NCBI GenBank assembly: GCA_045114745.1
Contig: JBGULD010000011.1
Location: 190 to 64,189 of the forward strand
DNA: 64,000 bases
Direction: 5' to 3'
DNA from: Bacilli bacterium
GTDB lineage: Bacteria > Bacillota_I > Bacilli_A > RFN20 > CAG-826
Both the position numbers and the translations under genes were made by a program. Below the pieces are notes generated by a model, which was not told where the DNA came from, made no database searches, and worked only from the letters and a program-made list of their open reading frames with translations. Numbering within the stretch: position 1 is the stretch's first letter; each line of letters opens with the position of its first letter. Positions 29,068 through 42,746 of the stretch are shown here, one piece after another.

Positions 29068-29511
29068 ATGAAAAAGCTATTATTTTTGTGTGCATGCCTT
29101 TTATTGACTGCCTGTCAAAAACAAGAAACATCATCAGAATATTCAATATTAATTGAATATGATTACCAAGATGTCGAACACTTACATATTGAATGGAAAG
29201 ATATCTTGTCCCAAGAGAGATACAATTATTTTGTTTATATTTATTCTTTAACTTGTGGACATTGCAAAGAAGTGAAACCGTATATCTTAAATGCAGCATT
29301 AAACTCTGATAAGCAATTTTATTTTGTGACCTATACCAAAGAGATTCCCATTATTACAAATGCTGAATTGAATATTGGTGTTACTTATTATGAAAAGTTA
29401 GGAATTATCGGAACACCGACCTTATTTGAAATTGAATCTGGTATGGTATCAGCGTGTTATACAGGTAGTGTAGCAATTATTGAGACATTGACTAACAACT
29501 ATGATGAATAA
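29068..29511 (+). CDS. thioredoxin-fold lipoprotein (CGHC active-site motif; thiol-disulfide oxidoreductase-like)
   Basis: Lipobox MKKLLFLCACLLLTAC. YSLTCGHCKEVKP carries the CxxC (CGHC) motif characteristic of the thioredoxin/PDI fold. SD GGAGAG is present. Confidence 0.6.
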   Translation: MKKLLFLCACLLLTACQKQETSSEYSILIEYDYQDVEHLHIEWKDILSQERYNYFVYIYSLTCGHCKEVKPYILNAALNSDKQFYFVTYTKEIPIITNAELNIGVTYYEKLGIIGTPTLFEIESGMVSACYTGSVAIIETLTNNYDE

Positions 29512-29556
29512 ATTGAGGATTGATTATTAATATGTTATTATATTGCTTAGCAATAT

Positions 29557-33755
<4,199 letters not shown>

Positions 33756-33780
33756 AAAAGAGCTTTAAAGCTCTTTTCTT

Positions 33781-34821
33781 TTACCATTTCATCAGGTTCT
33801 TACCAATGATGATTTTGTTATTGATTTCCTCTTCGTAACAATGGTAGATGTCGTGAACAGATAGTATTTCATTCTCACTAATAACCATTGGTTCAAGTTT
33901 CTTTTGCACTTTAGGATTCTCTAATAATTTAGCGACTGTTTCAAAGTCTTTTCTATCACTTCTAGTGACACCTTTTAAAGACAACCCTTTTTCCAAAACC
34001 AATCTGGTATTGAGTGGGACTTTTTCTTCGCTAACACCCATAAGGATGAGATCCGCTCCGACAGTCGCCCAATCAATCATTTTGTTAATTGCATCAGCGG
34101 AATATTTGCCACCGACAATTTCAATCATCGTGTCATATCTTTCGCCTTTATAATCTTCATAGGTTCTTGTTTCAACATCTTCAAACATTGATAGCTTGTT
34201 TTTATCAATACCATAGATGGTTAATTTGGTTTCTGGATGTAATGCGGTCATCACTATATAAGTAATATAAGCTAAGATGCCGTCACCAAATATCGCGACA
34301 TGATTTGTTTCTTGGAAATTAATCCTTCTTAATCCCGCAACAGCGACAGATAATAATTCACTAAAGACTGCAAGTTTGGCGGGGACTTTTTCATTGTATT
34401 TAACTAATAATCCGGGTTCCGCTGAATAGAATGGTTTTAAGAATCCATCAGTCGTGGAACTTCTAAATGTGGAATTGATTGCGTAGTTATCACCCAAATC
34501 TTCTCTTTTGCATCTTGAGTTTTCAAATGTATCTAAATATTTAGGTTCGATGGAATTTGGAATGAGGATAACCTTATCCCCAGGTTTATAGTTTCCAGTA
34601 GGATCTTTGAGTACTCTTCCGACTGCTTCATGGATTGGTGCTAGTGGATATTTATGATTCAAAACATTTTGATCACGGTTACCTAAAAAGTAACGGATAT
34701 CCGCTTTACAAATCGCCATGTATTCCACTTTGACTAATACATGGTTGTTATCAATATCGATTGAATCGATGAATTCTTCGATAACGCCTGGTGAAGTTAC
34801 TTTATAAATTGTTTGGAACAT
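33781..34821 (-). CDS. tarJ: ribulose-5-phosphate reductase TarJ-like (Zn-dependent alcohol dehydrogenase family)
   Basis: The product is collinear with S. pneumoniae TarJ (MAICKADIRYF, PLAPIHEAVGRVLKDPTGNYKPGDKVILIPN). Its start overlaps the tarI stop. Confidence 0.7.
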   Translation of the reverse strand: MFQTIYKVTSPGVIEEFIDSIDIDNNHVLVKVEYMAICKADIRYFLGNRDQNVLNHKYPLAPIHEAVGRVLKDPTGNYKPGDKVILIPNSIEPKYLDTFENSRCKREDLGDNYAINSTFRSSTTDGFLKPFYSAEPGLLVKYNEKVPAKLAVFSELLSVAVAGLRRINFQETNHVAIFGDGILAYITYIVMTALHPETKLTIYGIDKNKLSMFEDVETRTYEDYKGERYDTMIEIVGGKYSADAINKMIDWATVGADLILMGVSEEKVPLNTRLVLEKGLSLKGVTRSDRKDFETVAKLLENPKVQKKLEPMVISENEILSVHDIYHCYEEEINNKIIIGKNLMKW

Positions 34822-35534
34822 TATAAGACCTCAGATTTTCCAATCTTTAATAATGCTTTAAGCATCATTAAATCATCAAATGTTGTAATCTTGAAGTTGA
34901 GTTTATCGCCTTCAACGAGATGGACATCAATGCCTTGTAATAAAACAAGTTTAGTATCATCAGTAACATTTGGAATGCTTTGATTCTGTACAGCATTATG
35001 GGCACCCATAATAATGGATAGCTTAAATGTTTGTGGGGTTTGACCTTGATATAATTCTTTTCTTGGTGGAATATCGGAAATGGTTTTTTCATCAACACTA
35101 TGAACGATAGTGTCACTAGCTTTGATGACTGTATCAACAGCACCAAATTCTTTACACACTCTAATATTTTCAGAAATAATTTTTTGACTAATAAGTGGTC
35201 TAGCAGAATCGTGGATTATGACAATGTCATCATCTTTCGCACCGATTGATTGAACACCTTTTAATCCGTTATAAACGGAGATTTGTCTTGTGGCGCCGCC
35301 AGCAACAACGGCTTTAACTTTGCTTAAGTCATATTGTTTGCACATGACTTTCACATCATCTATGTATTCTTCGTTTGTGGAAATGACAATTGCGTCAACT
35401 TCATCATTAATTTCAAAAGCCTCAATGGTGTGCACCATTAAAGGTTTTCCATAAATAGGAAGAAATTGTTTTGGTTTATCAGTATTGCCCATTCTTGAGC
35501 CAGCACCCGCTGCTAATATTAATGCAATATTCAT
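34821..35534 (-). CDS. tarI: ribitol-5-phosphate cytidylyltransferase TarI (IspD family)
   Basis: ILAAGAGSRMG, AVDTVIKASDTIVHS, YQGQTPQTF (identical to pneumococcal TarI) and NFKITTFDDL. Confidence 0.75.
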   Translation of the reverse strand: MNIALILAAGAGSRMGNTDKPKQFLPIYGKPLMVHTIEAFEINDEVDAIVISTNEEYIDDVKVMCKQYDLSKVKAVVAGGATRQISVYNGLKGVQSIGAKDDDIVIIHDSARPLISQKIISENIRVCKEFGAVDTVIKASDTIVHSVDEKTISDIPPRKELYQGQTPQTFKLSIIMGAHNAVQNQSIPNVTDDTKLVLLQGIDVHLVEGDKLNFKITTFDDLMMLKALLKIGKSEVL

Positions 35535-35543
35535 AACGTACTC

Positions 35544-36395
35544 CTAGATTCTGTGTTCTTTCATGTATGACTTATAGTCCTGAGTTAATGATAACCCTTT
35601 ATTGACGTGATGGCCAACTTGTTGCTTTTCTGGAGGCAATTTTCTCCAGTCGTGGAATAGATAAGTGAGATAAGCATCATAGTCTTTTGGAACTGATGCT
35701 TCGATATCTTCAAATGGTAGTTTAGTGAATTCTTCAAATAAGGATTTTGGCATCGCTTCTTTCTTGGCGTTTGTGCCACATAGATTACCCACTAAAACAG
35801 CATCTTTATATGGAACTTTTCTCATGAATTTTTCGCATCTTTTCCTACGGAAATGATTGATATCAAACGGCCATGCAATAATCGCCGCGATGTTGATGAG
35901 CAAATCCAAGAACCATGTTTCTTTATGGAAGGTTCTTCTAAGCTGTGGCATATAACTAGCAAAGACTTGTCTCCACATAAACTTCACTCTTTTCGCGTAT
36001 GACTTTAATGGCTTGTCATCAGTTAAAGACATACCATCGATTGGGAAGATATCAATCCAAACACCATGATTGATTCTATGCTTCCAGAAATAGGATTCAA
36101 TAAAGGTTGTTGAACTATCTCTTAATTTTGCGAAGTTGTAGCAGTAGTGAGGATCAGTTTCCCAAGTTTGAATAAAGTATGGTGTTCCATCATATTCGGA
36201 TTGGAGTTTTAAATATTTATCATAATCTTCTCTTGGCATACCGACATCAATATCATCATCCCATGGAATAAAACCTTTATGTCTGGCCGCACCCAAACAG
36301 GTTCCACCTACAAGGAAATATTTTAAATTATGTTTTTCACAAACTTTAATAAAGGCTTTTAAAACCTCTAATTGTTTCTTTTGTAAATCATTCAT
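35544..36395 (-). CDS. licD: LicD-family phosphotransferase (putative CDP-ribitol:glycan ribitol-phosphotransferase)
   Basis: The LicD (PF04991) N-domain is present (KYFLVGGTCLGAARHKGFIPWDDDIDVGMPREDY). The first ATG is at 36395; the listed ORF begins with an upstream TTG at 36413. Confidence 0.7.
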   Translation of the reverse strand: MNDLQKKQLEVLKAFIKVCEKHNLKYFLVGGTCLGAARHKGFIPWDDDIDVGMPREDYDKYLKLQSEYDGTPYFIQTWETDPHYCYNFAKLRDSSTTFIESYFWKHRINHGVWIDIFPIDGMSLTDDKPLKSYAKRVKFMWRQVFASYMPQLRRTFHKETWFLDLLINIAAIIAWPFDINHFRRKRCEKFMRKVPYKDAVLVGNLCGTNAKKEAMPKSLFEEFTKLPFEDIEASVPKDYDAYLTYLFHDWRKLPPEKQQVGHHVNKGLSLTQDYKSYMKEHRI

Positions 36396-36513
36396 ACTTA
36401 AATATGTTAACAAAATTATATTGATTTTGTTCGTATTTTTTTAAAGTCGGACATTTTTATATATAAAAAATCTCGTGCGTGTTACAATACACATTAGTTA
36501 AGTGAGTCATTTA

Positions 36514-36810
36514 ATGAAACCTATCAATAAGGAAACACTCAAACTTGCCGCTGATAAAGTAATGTTATCTATCGAAGATGAAGAATATGATTCTTTAATC
36601 GTCGAATTACAAGATATAGTCAAACAATTAGAGCAAATGGATAGTATCGAAGGCATCAATGATGCTGAGCCCATGACTTTTCCTTTTGAAATCAAAGTTG
36701 ATTATCTAAGAGAAGATATTCCTGAAACTCCTTTACCTAGAGAAGATGTTTTAAAGAATTCACGTGATATTAAAGATGGACAAATTCGTTTGCCGAAGGT
36801 GGTGAAATAG
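36514..36810 (+). CDS. gatC: Asp-tRNA(Asn)/Glu-tRNA(Gln) amidotransferase subunit C
   Basis: A ~98-aa product sits directly upstream of gatA. Its C-terminal EDIPETPLPREDVLKNS is typical of GatC. An alternative GTG start is at 36502. Confidence 0.75.
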   Translation: MKPINKETLKLAADKVMLSIEDEEYDSLIVELQDIVKQLEQMDSIEGINDAEPMTFPFEIKVDYLREDIPETPLPREDVLKNSRDIKDGQIRLPKVVK

Positions 36811-38268
36811 ATGAACTACCTAGATTTGACAATTGAAGAAATCCATCAAGCTTTAATAGAGAATAAAGTCACACCTTTTGAGTTAGCAAAAGAAGCTATC
36901 AAAAGAGCAAAAGAAGATAGCAATAATGCCTTCGAATATATCTATGAAAAAGAAGTTTCCGCTTTTATCGATGGGTTAAAGAATAAAGACAAGAATAATC
37001 TTTTCTGGGGAATTCCATTCGTTATCAAAGATAACTTCTCCACAAAAGATATACCCACAACTGGTTCAAGCAATATGCTTACTGGATACAAACCTCCATT
37101 TTCTAGTGAAGTCTATACCCGTTTAATTAATGCTGGTGCCATTCCAATTGCTAAAACAACATTAGATGAATTTGCTATGGGTGGAACTGGTATGACTGGT
37201 CATAAAGGAACAACATTTAATCCATATGATCCAAGTCATAAACGCATGGTCGGCGGATCTTCTTGTGGTTCTGCATCAGCAGTAGCGGCATGTATTTCTC
37301 CATTAGGCATCGGAAGTGATACTGGTGATAGCGTGAGAAAGCCAGCTTGCTATGCTGGGTTGGTGGGATTTAAACCAACTTGGGGAAGAATATCACGTTA
37401 TGGATTATTCCCATTTGCCACCTCATTAGACCATGTTGCTTATTTCACCAGAAGCGTTGCCGATTCCGCAATTACTTTGGATGTTTTAGCGGGTAGAGAT
37501 GACAAAGATTCCAGCAGCTCATTTAAACCTGTAGAACAATACAAAAAACAGCTAAATCCCTGCATTTCTGGACTAAAAATCGCAATTATTGATGAAATTT
37601 ATGATTCTATTACCGATAGAAATATCAAAGTAAAATTTGAGAATTCTTTGGTTGAATTAGAGAAACTTGGGGCGGTTATCAATCATGTCAAAATGGATGA
37701 TAAATTATGCCGCGCTATCTTCCCAACTTACTACATAATCTCTTGTGCCGAATCAACAAGTAACAATGCCTATCTGGATGGTATTAAGTTTGGTACTCAC
37801 TATGATGGAAAGAGCTATGAAGAAATAATCAAAACCGTGAGAACAAAAGGTTTCTCAACTCGTATTAAAAAGCGTTTTATTATTGGTGCCTATTCATTGC
37901 TCAGCAGTAATCAAAAGGATGTCTTTTTGAAAGCACAAAAATGTCGTCGTTTAATTGTTAATGCGATTAATAAAATCTTAGAAGACAATGATGTGATTTA
38001 TTTGCCTGCCGCACCAACAGTAGCACCATTATTTACTGATTCAGGACATAAGTCATTTGATGAATATTCTATCGCTGATAATTATTTAGCGCTTGCGAAT
38101 TTTGCTGGTCTTCCATCTCTATCTTTACCTTTAGGTAAAATTAATGGTTTACCTATCGGAGGTAATGTTACTGGACGCGCTTTTGAAGAGCAAACTGTAT
38201 TTAATGTTTCTTTAGCTATTGAAGGGATCACTGGTTTAAAGAATCTCTCTGTTAAGGAGAATAAATAA
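36811..38268 (+). CDS. gatA: Asp-tRNA(Asn)/Glu-tRNA(Gln) amidotransferase subunit A
   Basis: The amidase signature GGSSCGSASAVAA...GSDTGDSVRKPA, with IKDNFSTKDIPTT. Confidence 0.9.
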   Translation: MNYLDLTIEEIHQALIENKVTPFELAKEAIKRAKEDSNNAFEYIYEKEVSAFIDGLKNKDKNNLFWGIPFVIKDNFSTKDIPTTGSSNMLTGYKPPFSSEVYTRLINAGAIPIAKTTLDEFAMGGTGMTGHKGTTFNPYDPSHKRMVGGSSCGSASAVAACISPLGIGSDTGDSVRKPACYAGLVGFKPTWGRISRYGLFPFATSLDHVAYFTRSVADSAITLDVLAGRDDKDSSSSFKPVEQYKKQLNPCISGLKIAIIDEIYDSITDRNIKVKFENSLVELEKLGAVINHVKMDDKLCRAIFPTYYIISCAESTSNNAYLDGIKFGTHYDGKSYEEIIKTVRTKGFSTRIKKRFIIGAYSLLSSNQKDVFLKAQKCRRLIVNAINKILEDNDVIYLPAAPTVAPLFTDSGHKSFDEYSIADNYLALANFAGLPSLSLPLGKINGLPIGGNVTGRAFEEQTVFNVSLAIEGITGLKNLSVKENK

Positions 38269-38269
38269 T

Positions 38270-39694
38270 ATGAATTTCGAAGCGGTCATTGGATTAGAAA
38301 TTCATGTTGAGATGAACACCAAGAGCAAGATGTTTTCTTCCGCTCCTGTGAGATTTGGTGAAGAGCCAAATACTTGTGTTGCACCTTTTGATGTTGCCTT
38401 CCCTGGAACAATGCCGACAGTTAATAAACAAGCGGTCATCAATGCTATCAGAGCGTGTCATGCCCTTCATATGAGTATTGATGATGAACTTTGGTTTGAT
38501 AGAAAGAATTATTTCTATAGTGATTTGCCCAAAGGATATCAGATTACTCAAAGGAATCGGCCAATAGGAAAAGAGGGATATTTAGATATAGAAACATCTC
38601 TCGGTAAAAAGAGAATTCATTTTGAACGTCTTCATATTGAAGAAGATGCTTGTAAACAGATTCATTATAAAGACTATACACTCCTTGATTTTAATAGAGC
38701 GGGTAAACCACTTATTGAAATGGTTTCTAAACCGGAAATTAATTCTGCTGAAGAAGCTCTTAAAGTAGTGGAGAAGATTCGTTCCATCGTGACTTTCTTA
38801 GGTGTCAGTACCGGAAAGATGGAAGAAGGAACTTTAAGATGTGATGTTAATGTTTCTTTAAGACCAATCGGATCGACTGTTTTAGGTTTCAATGTTGAAT
38901 TAAAGAACATTAATACTTTAAACAATATTTACCGAGCGATAGAATTTGAAATCAAAAGACAGAAAGCTTTGCTTTTATCTGGTGAGGCAGTCAAAAAAGA
39001 GACAAGGCGTTTCGATGAAATCAAAAAAGAAACCGTCGTCATGAGAGACAAGAATGAGGATGTTGATTATAAATATTTCATCGAACCAAACATTCCTCCT
39101 ATTAAGTTATCTTCAGAATTCATCAAAGAAGCTATTGAGTCTTCACCTGAATTAGCAGAAAAGAAATATCAAAGATATGTTGAAATTGGATTAAATGAAA
39201 ATACCGCTAATCAATTAACATCCAGCAAAGCAGTTAGTGATTACTTTGATGAAGTGATTTCTTGTGGAGCCAATTGTAAGAGAGCGGCGAACTGGATACT
39301 AGTGGATGTGCAATCGGTTTTGAATAAGTCAAATATTGAAATTGATAGTTTCAAAATAACAGCGAAAGAATTAGCCAAATTAATATTATTAATTGATGAA
39401 GGCAAAATTAATAATAAACAAGCTCGTGAATTGTTCGACAAAATGCTAACAAGCAATAAAGATGTTGATGAATTGATGAAAGAAATAGATATAAATCTTA
39501 TTTCTAATGAAGAAGAATTAATTGCTATAATAAAACAGGTTTTAAAAGATAATCCAGAAGTCATTATTGATTATAAAAACGGTAAGGGCAAAGTTGTTGG
39601 ATATGTCGTTGGCCAAGTTATGCAAATAACTCATGGAAAAGCGGATCCAACATTAACAAACAAATTGGTGAATCAACAGTTAAAGGAGAAATAA
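38270..39694 (+). CDS. gatB: Asp-tRNA(Asn)/Glu-tRNA(Gln) amidotransferase subunit B
   Basis: N-terminus MNFEAVIGLEIHVEMNTKSKMFS and a GatB/YqeY C-domain. Confidence 0.9.
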   Translation: MNFEAVIGLEIHVEMNTKSKMFSSAPVRFGEEPNTCVAPFDVAFPGTMPTVNKQAVINAIRACHALHMSIDDELWFDRKNYFYSDLPKGYQITQRNRPIGKEGYLDIETSLGKKRIHFERLHIEEDACKQIHYKDYTLLDFNRAGKPLIEMVSKPEINSAEEALKVVEKIRSIVTFLGVSTGKMEEGTLRCDVNVSLRPIGSTVLGFNVELKNINTLNNIYRAIEFEIKRQKALLLSGEAVKKETRRFDEIKKETVVMRDKNEDVDYKYFIEPNIPPIKLSSEFIKEAIESSPELAEKKYQRYVEIGLNENTANQLTSSKAVSDYFDEVISCGANCKRAANWILVDVQSVLNKSNIEIDSFKITAKELAKLILLIDEGKINNKQARELFDKMLTSNKDVDELMKEIDINLISNEEELIAIIKQVLKDNPEVIIDYKNGKGKVVGYVVGQVMQITHGKADPTLTNKLVNQQLKEK

Positions 39695-39695
39695 T

Positions 39696-40712
39696 ATGTC
39701 AGTATTAGTTACAGGGGGAACTGGTTATATTGGTTCCCATACAGTCGTGGATTTAATTAACCATGGCTATGATGTTGTCATCGTTGATAACTACTGCAAT
39801 AGTAAGCCTGAAGTTTTAAATAGAATCTTCAAAATTACTGGCAAAATGCCGAGATTTTACGAGATTTCTGTGCAAGATGAAGCAAATTTAAGGAAAGTTT
39901 TTGAACAAGAAAAGATCACGGATATTATCCATTTTGCGGGTTTAAAGAGTGTTGCTGAGTCTGTCGCAAAACCAGATCTATATGTCGCAAATAACGTCGG
40001 CTCCAGTCGTGTGCTTTTGAAATTAATGAAAGAATACGGTGTTCATAATATTGTCTTCTCTTCTTCGGCAACAGTTTATGGTGTCCCAGACCATGTCCCA
40101 TTAAAAGAAGATGATAAAGTCGGCGGGTGCACAAACCCATATGGACAAACCAAACTGGATATTGAATATTTATTAAAAGATTTCGCTAAAGAAAATAAAG
40201 ATGCGAATATTGCTATCCTAAGATACTTCAATCCTATCGGTGCTCATCCAACTGGTTTGATTGGTGAGGATCCAAATGGTATTCCTAATAACTTAATGCC
40301 ATATATTACTCAAGTTGCTGTCGGTAAACGGGATCACTTAAATGTCTATGGTAGTGATTACAAAACAATTGATGGCACAGGTGTTAGAGATTATATCCAC
40401 GTAGTGGATTTAGCGTATGGTCACTTATGTGCGTTAAGAAAATTAGAAGAAAAACCAGGTCTTGTCATTTACAATTTAGGTACAGGCAAGGGTACAAGCG
40501 TGTTAGAATTAGTTCACGCGTTTGAAAAAGTTAACAATATTAAAATCCCATATATTATTTGCGATAGGCGTCCTGGTGATGTAGATGAAAACTACGCTGA
40601 TGCGTCTAAAGCATATCGAGAAATGAATTTCAAAACTAAATTAACCATCGAAGATGCATGTCGCGATTCATGGAATTGGCAAAAGAATAATCCAAACGGC
40701 TACGATAAATAG
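39696..40712 (+). CDS. galE: UDP-glucose 4-epimerase
   Basis: The NAD-binding N-terminus VLVTGGTGYIGSHTVVDLINHGYDVVIVDN, YGQTK (YxxxK) and full-length GalE similarity. Confidence 0.9.
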   Translation: MSVLVTGGTGYIGSHTVVDLINHGYDVVIVDNYCNSKPEVLNRIFKITGKMPRFYEISVQDEANLRKVFEQEKITDIIHFAGLKSVAESVAKPDLYVANNVGSSRVLLKLMKEYGVHNIVFSSSATVYGVPDHVPLKEDDKVGGCTNPYGQTKLDIEYLLKDFAKENKDANIAILRYFNPIGAHPTGLIGEDPNGIPNNLMPYITQVAVGKRDHLNVYGSDYKTIDGTGVRDYIHVVDLAYGHLCALRKLEEKPGLVIYNLGTGKGTSVLELVHAFEKVNNIKIPYIICDRRPGDVDENYADASKAYREMNFKTKLTIEDACRDSWNWQKNNPNGYDK

Positions 40713-40723
40713 GAGGCTATATT

Positions 40724-41656
40724 ATGTCAAAAGCACAAAGAGTGGAATTAATTAACAAAAACGGAGATAAACTTTTTGGTTTATCTTGGCATGTTGAAAA
40801 CAGCATTGCAAACGTCATTATCATGGAAGGTATGGAAGAACATTCTTCACGTTACGATGGCTTTGCTCAATACCTCAACAAAGAAGGCTTCAATGTTTAC
40901 TGCATTGACACATATGGCCAAGGCGAAAACGTCTTACCAGATATGAGTAATTTAGGTATTTGGCCAACAAGTGGTTTCAGAAAACAAGTTCAAGCGGTTG
41001 ACGCACTTGTGGAAAAACTCAGAATTTCTTGTCGTCCAACATTTATCTTCTCTCATTCTATGGGTTCATTCATGTGTCAAGACTACATCCAAAGATACAC
41101 TGAACACGTCAGTAAAGTTGTCTTATGTGGTAGTGGTGCGAAAAACCCAGCAGTTCCTATGGGATATCAATTAGCGAGATTAATCGTCCATAAGAAAAAT
41201 AGAAACAAAAAAGCGGGATTATTAAACAAATTAATGTTTGGTAATTTCAATAAGAAAATCAAAAATCCAAGAACACCTTATGACTGGCTCTCTGTCAACC
41301 AAGAAAACGTTGATAAATATATCGCTGATCCACTTTGTGGATTTGGTCCTACAAACGGATTCTGTTACGAATTCGTTAAAGGTATGAATCGTCTTCATAA
41401 GAAGAAATTCCTAAGAAAGATTCGTAAAGACTTAGATATCTTCATCATCTCTGGTAGTGATGACCCAGTGACTGGTTATGGTGCATCAGTGAAAAAACTT
41501 CATGATATGTATATCAAATTAGGTGTCAAGAATGTCCAAACCAAAATCTATGAAGGTTTAAGACACGAGATTCTTAACGAAGATAGAAAAGAAGAAGTCT
41601 ACGCTGATGTCGTGAAATTCTTCAAAGAAGATATCGAAAAGAAGAACGTTGTATAA
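40724..41656 (+). CDS. alpha/beta hydrolase (lysophospholipase / monoacylglycerol lipase family)
   Basis: GHSMG nucleophile elbow (FSHSMGSF) with a downstream Asp/His region (GSDDPV, LRHEIL). Confidence 0.65.
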   Translation: MSKAQRVELINKNGDKLFGLSWHVENSIANVIIMEGMEEHSSRYDGFAQYLNKEGFNVYCIDTYGQGENVLPDMSNLGIWPTSGFRKQVQAVDALVEKLRISCRPTFIFSHSMGSFMCQDYIQRYTEHVSKVVLCGSGAKNPAVPMGYQLARLIVHKKNRNKKAGLLNKLMFGNFNKKIKNPRTPYDWLSVNQENVDKYIADPLCGFGPTNGFCYEFVKGMNRLHKKKFLRKIRKDLDIFIISGSDDPVTGYGASVKKLHDMYIKLGVKNVQTKIYEGLRHEILNEDRKEEVYADVVKFFKEDIEKKNVV

Positions 41657-41669
41657 TGTTTTTCTTCTT

Positions 41670-41746
41670 GCGCCCGTAACTCAGCTGGATAGAGTACCTT
41701 CCTCCTAAGAAGGGAGTCGGACGTTCGAATCGCCTCGGGCGCGCCA
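41670..41746 (+). tRNA. tRNA-Arg (anticodon CCU)
   Basis: GCGCCCG acceptor, TCAGCTGGATAGAG D-arm, anticodon loop cTCCTaa, GGTTCGAATCC T-arm and a 3' CCA that is encoded. Confidence 0.85.
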
Positions 41747-41848
41747 CAAGACACAAATGACGAGACCTTTAATGGCCTCGTTTTTTATATCCTTATTTAT
41801 ATAATTCTTGATTTATTTATTTGTTTTTATTAGAATAATCACCGCACT

Positions 41849-41924
41849 GGGTCTGTAGCTCACCTGGGAGAGCGCCTCCATGGCATGGAGGAGGTAGAGG
41901 GTTCGATCCCCTTCAGATCCACCA
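41849..41924 (+). tRNA. tRNA-Ala (anticodon GGC)
   Basis: The GGGTCTG acceptor has a G3-U70 wobble, the Ala identity element. The anticodon loop is aTGGCat, the T-arm is GGTTCGATCCC and CCA is encoded. Confidence 0.85.
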
Positions 41925-42042
41925 TAAATACCCGCTACCAGAAATGGTATCTATAGATAAGCCAATCTACGGGAATGGCGAAAACAGATTAGTATAAGCT
42001 GAGGTTCAAAGACCCCTGGCGGCTGTAGTGATAACTACTGGA

Positions 42043-42318
42043 CTAATCTTTTTTTCTACCTATAATCTCGATATCGATATTATATTTCAATTTTTTACCA
42101 AAGCGGCCCTTTTTGTCTTTTTGTTCCATTTTTACAATATACATTGGTGTGTCTCGTGATGAATCTGGATTTGGGTCAATCTTTATATTCTTGTGATGAC
42201 CACTTTTAGGAGAAGAGGTAACTCTATGAAAGTAATAAAAATTACCTTCTTCATCTACAATGTAGGCGGGATGACCACTGACTAGATAAATACGGAAATG
42301 TTTTTCGAATTTCGACAT
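42043..42318 (-). CDS. orphan hypothetical protein (91 aa), possibly of mobile/accessory origin
   Basis: An isolated ORF between the tRNA pair and an AT-rich non-coding stretch. The product is basic and has no recognisable motif. Confidence 0.3.
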   Translation of the reverse strand: MSKFEKHFRIYLVSGHPAYIVDEEGNFYYFHRVTSSPKSGHHKNIKIDPNPDSSRDTPMYIVKMEQKDKKGRFGKKLKYNIDIEIIGRKKD

Positions 42319-42628
42319 AAAAAAACTCCATTCTATACACTTCGCCGCTATGGGAATAATTAATAGCTAAGAAGTATATTTCACTGGAGCGGAATGATAT
42401 GTTGAAACCGCAAATAACTTTGTTATTATTTTATCAGAATATATAAACCAATGCTATGAGAAAACTTATTAAAGGTGTTAATGATTTGGAATCTTATTAT
42501 GATCCAAGTATTAACAGATGATTATAAATTATTCGTTTCTTATTCGCGAATCAGTTACGTCACGGCATGATAGCGATAGGTTTATTTAAACAAAACAGAA
42601 TAAATGATTTTTGTTGACAACATCCAAG

Positions 42629-42658
42629 TCCTGAGAAATCAGGATTTTTTCTTTTTTT
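42629..42658 (+). terminator. orphan rho-independent terminator in non-coding region
   Basis: TCCTGA-gaaa-TCAGGA followed by T6CT7. No plus-strand gene lies upstream within 300 nt. Confidence 0.5.
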
Positions 42659-42746
42659 CAATCCTTAGATTAAAAATTTAATTTTTATCATTTGAACTTT
42701 AATTTTTATCATTGTTATAACAATATAGTGAAAATAAAATAATGGT

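Noticed and set aside
36502-36513. GTG start at 36502 for gatC, and the upstream in-frame ATG/GTG starts listed for asnS (25205), the 2397 lipoprotein and tsaB (23068)
   Set aside because: The downstream ATGs give better SD spacing or canonical N-termini (signal peptide, conserved family start). The upstream starts overlap preceding genes or promoters.
41925-42040. tRNA-Ala trailer as SRP RNA, tmRNA or 6S RNA
   Set aside because: It has no GGAAGGAAGCAGCC-type SRP domain IV motif, no tRNA-like acceptor/T-arm for tmRNA, and is too short for 6S or RNase P RNA. It is kept only as a possible sRNA or 3' trailer.
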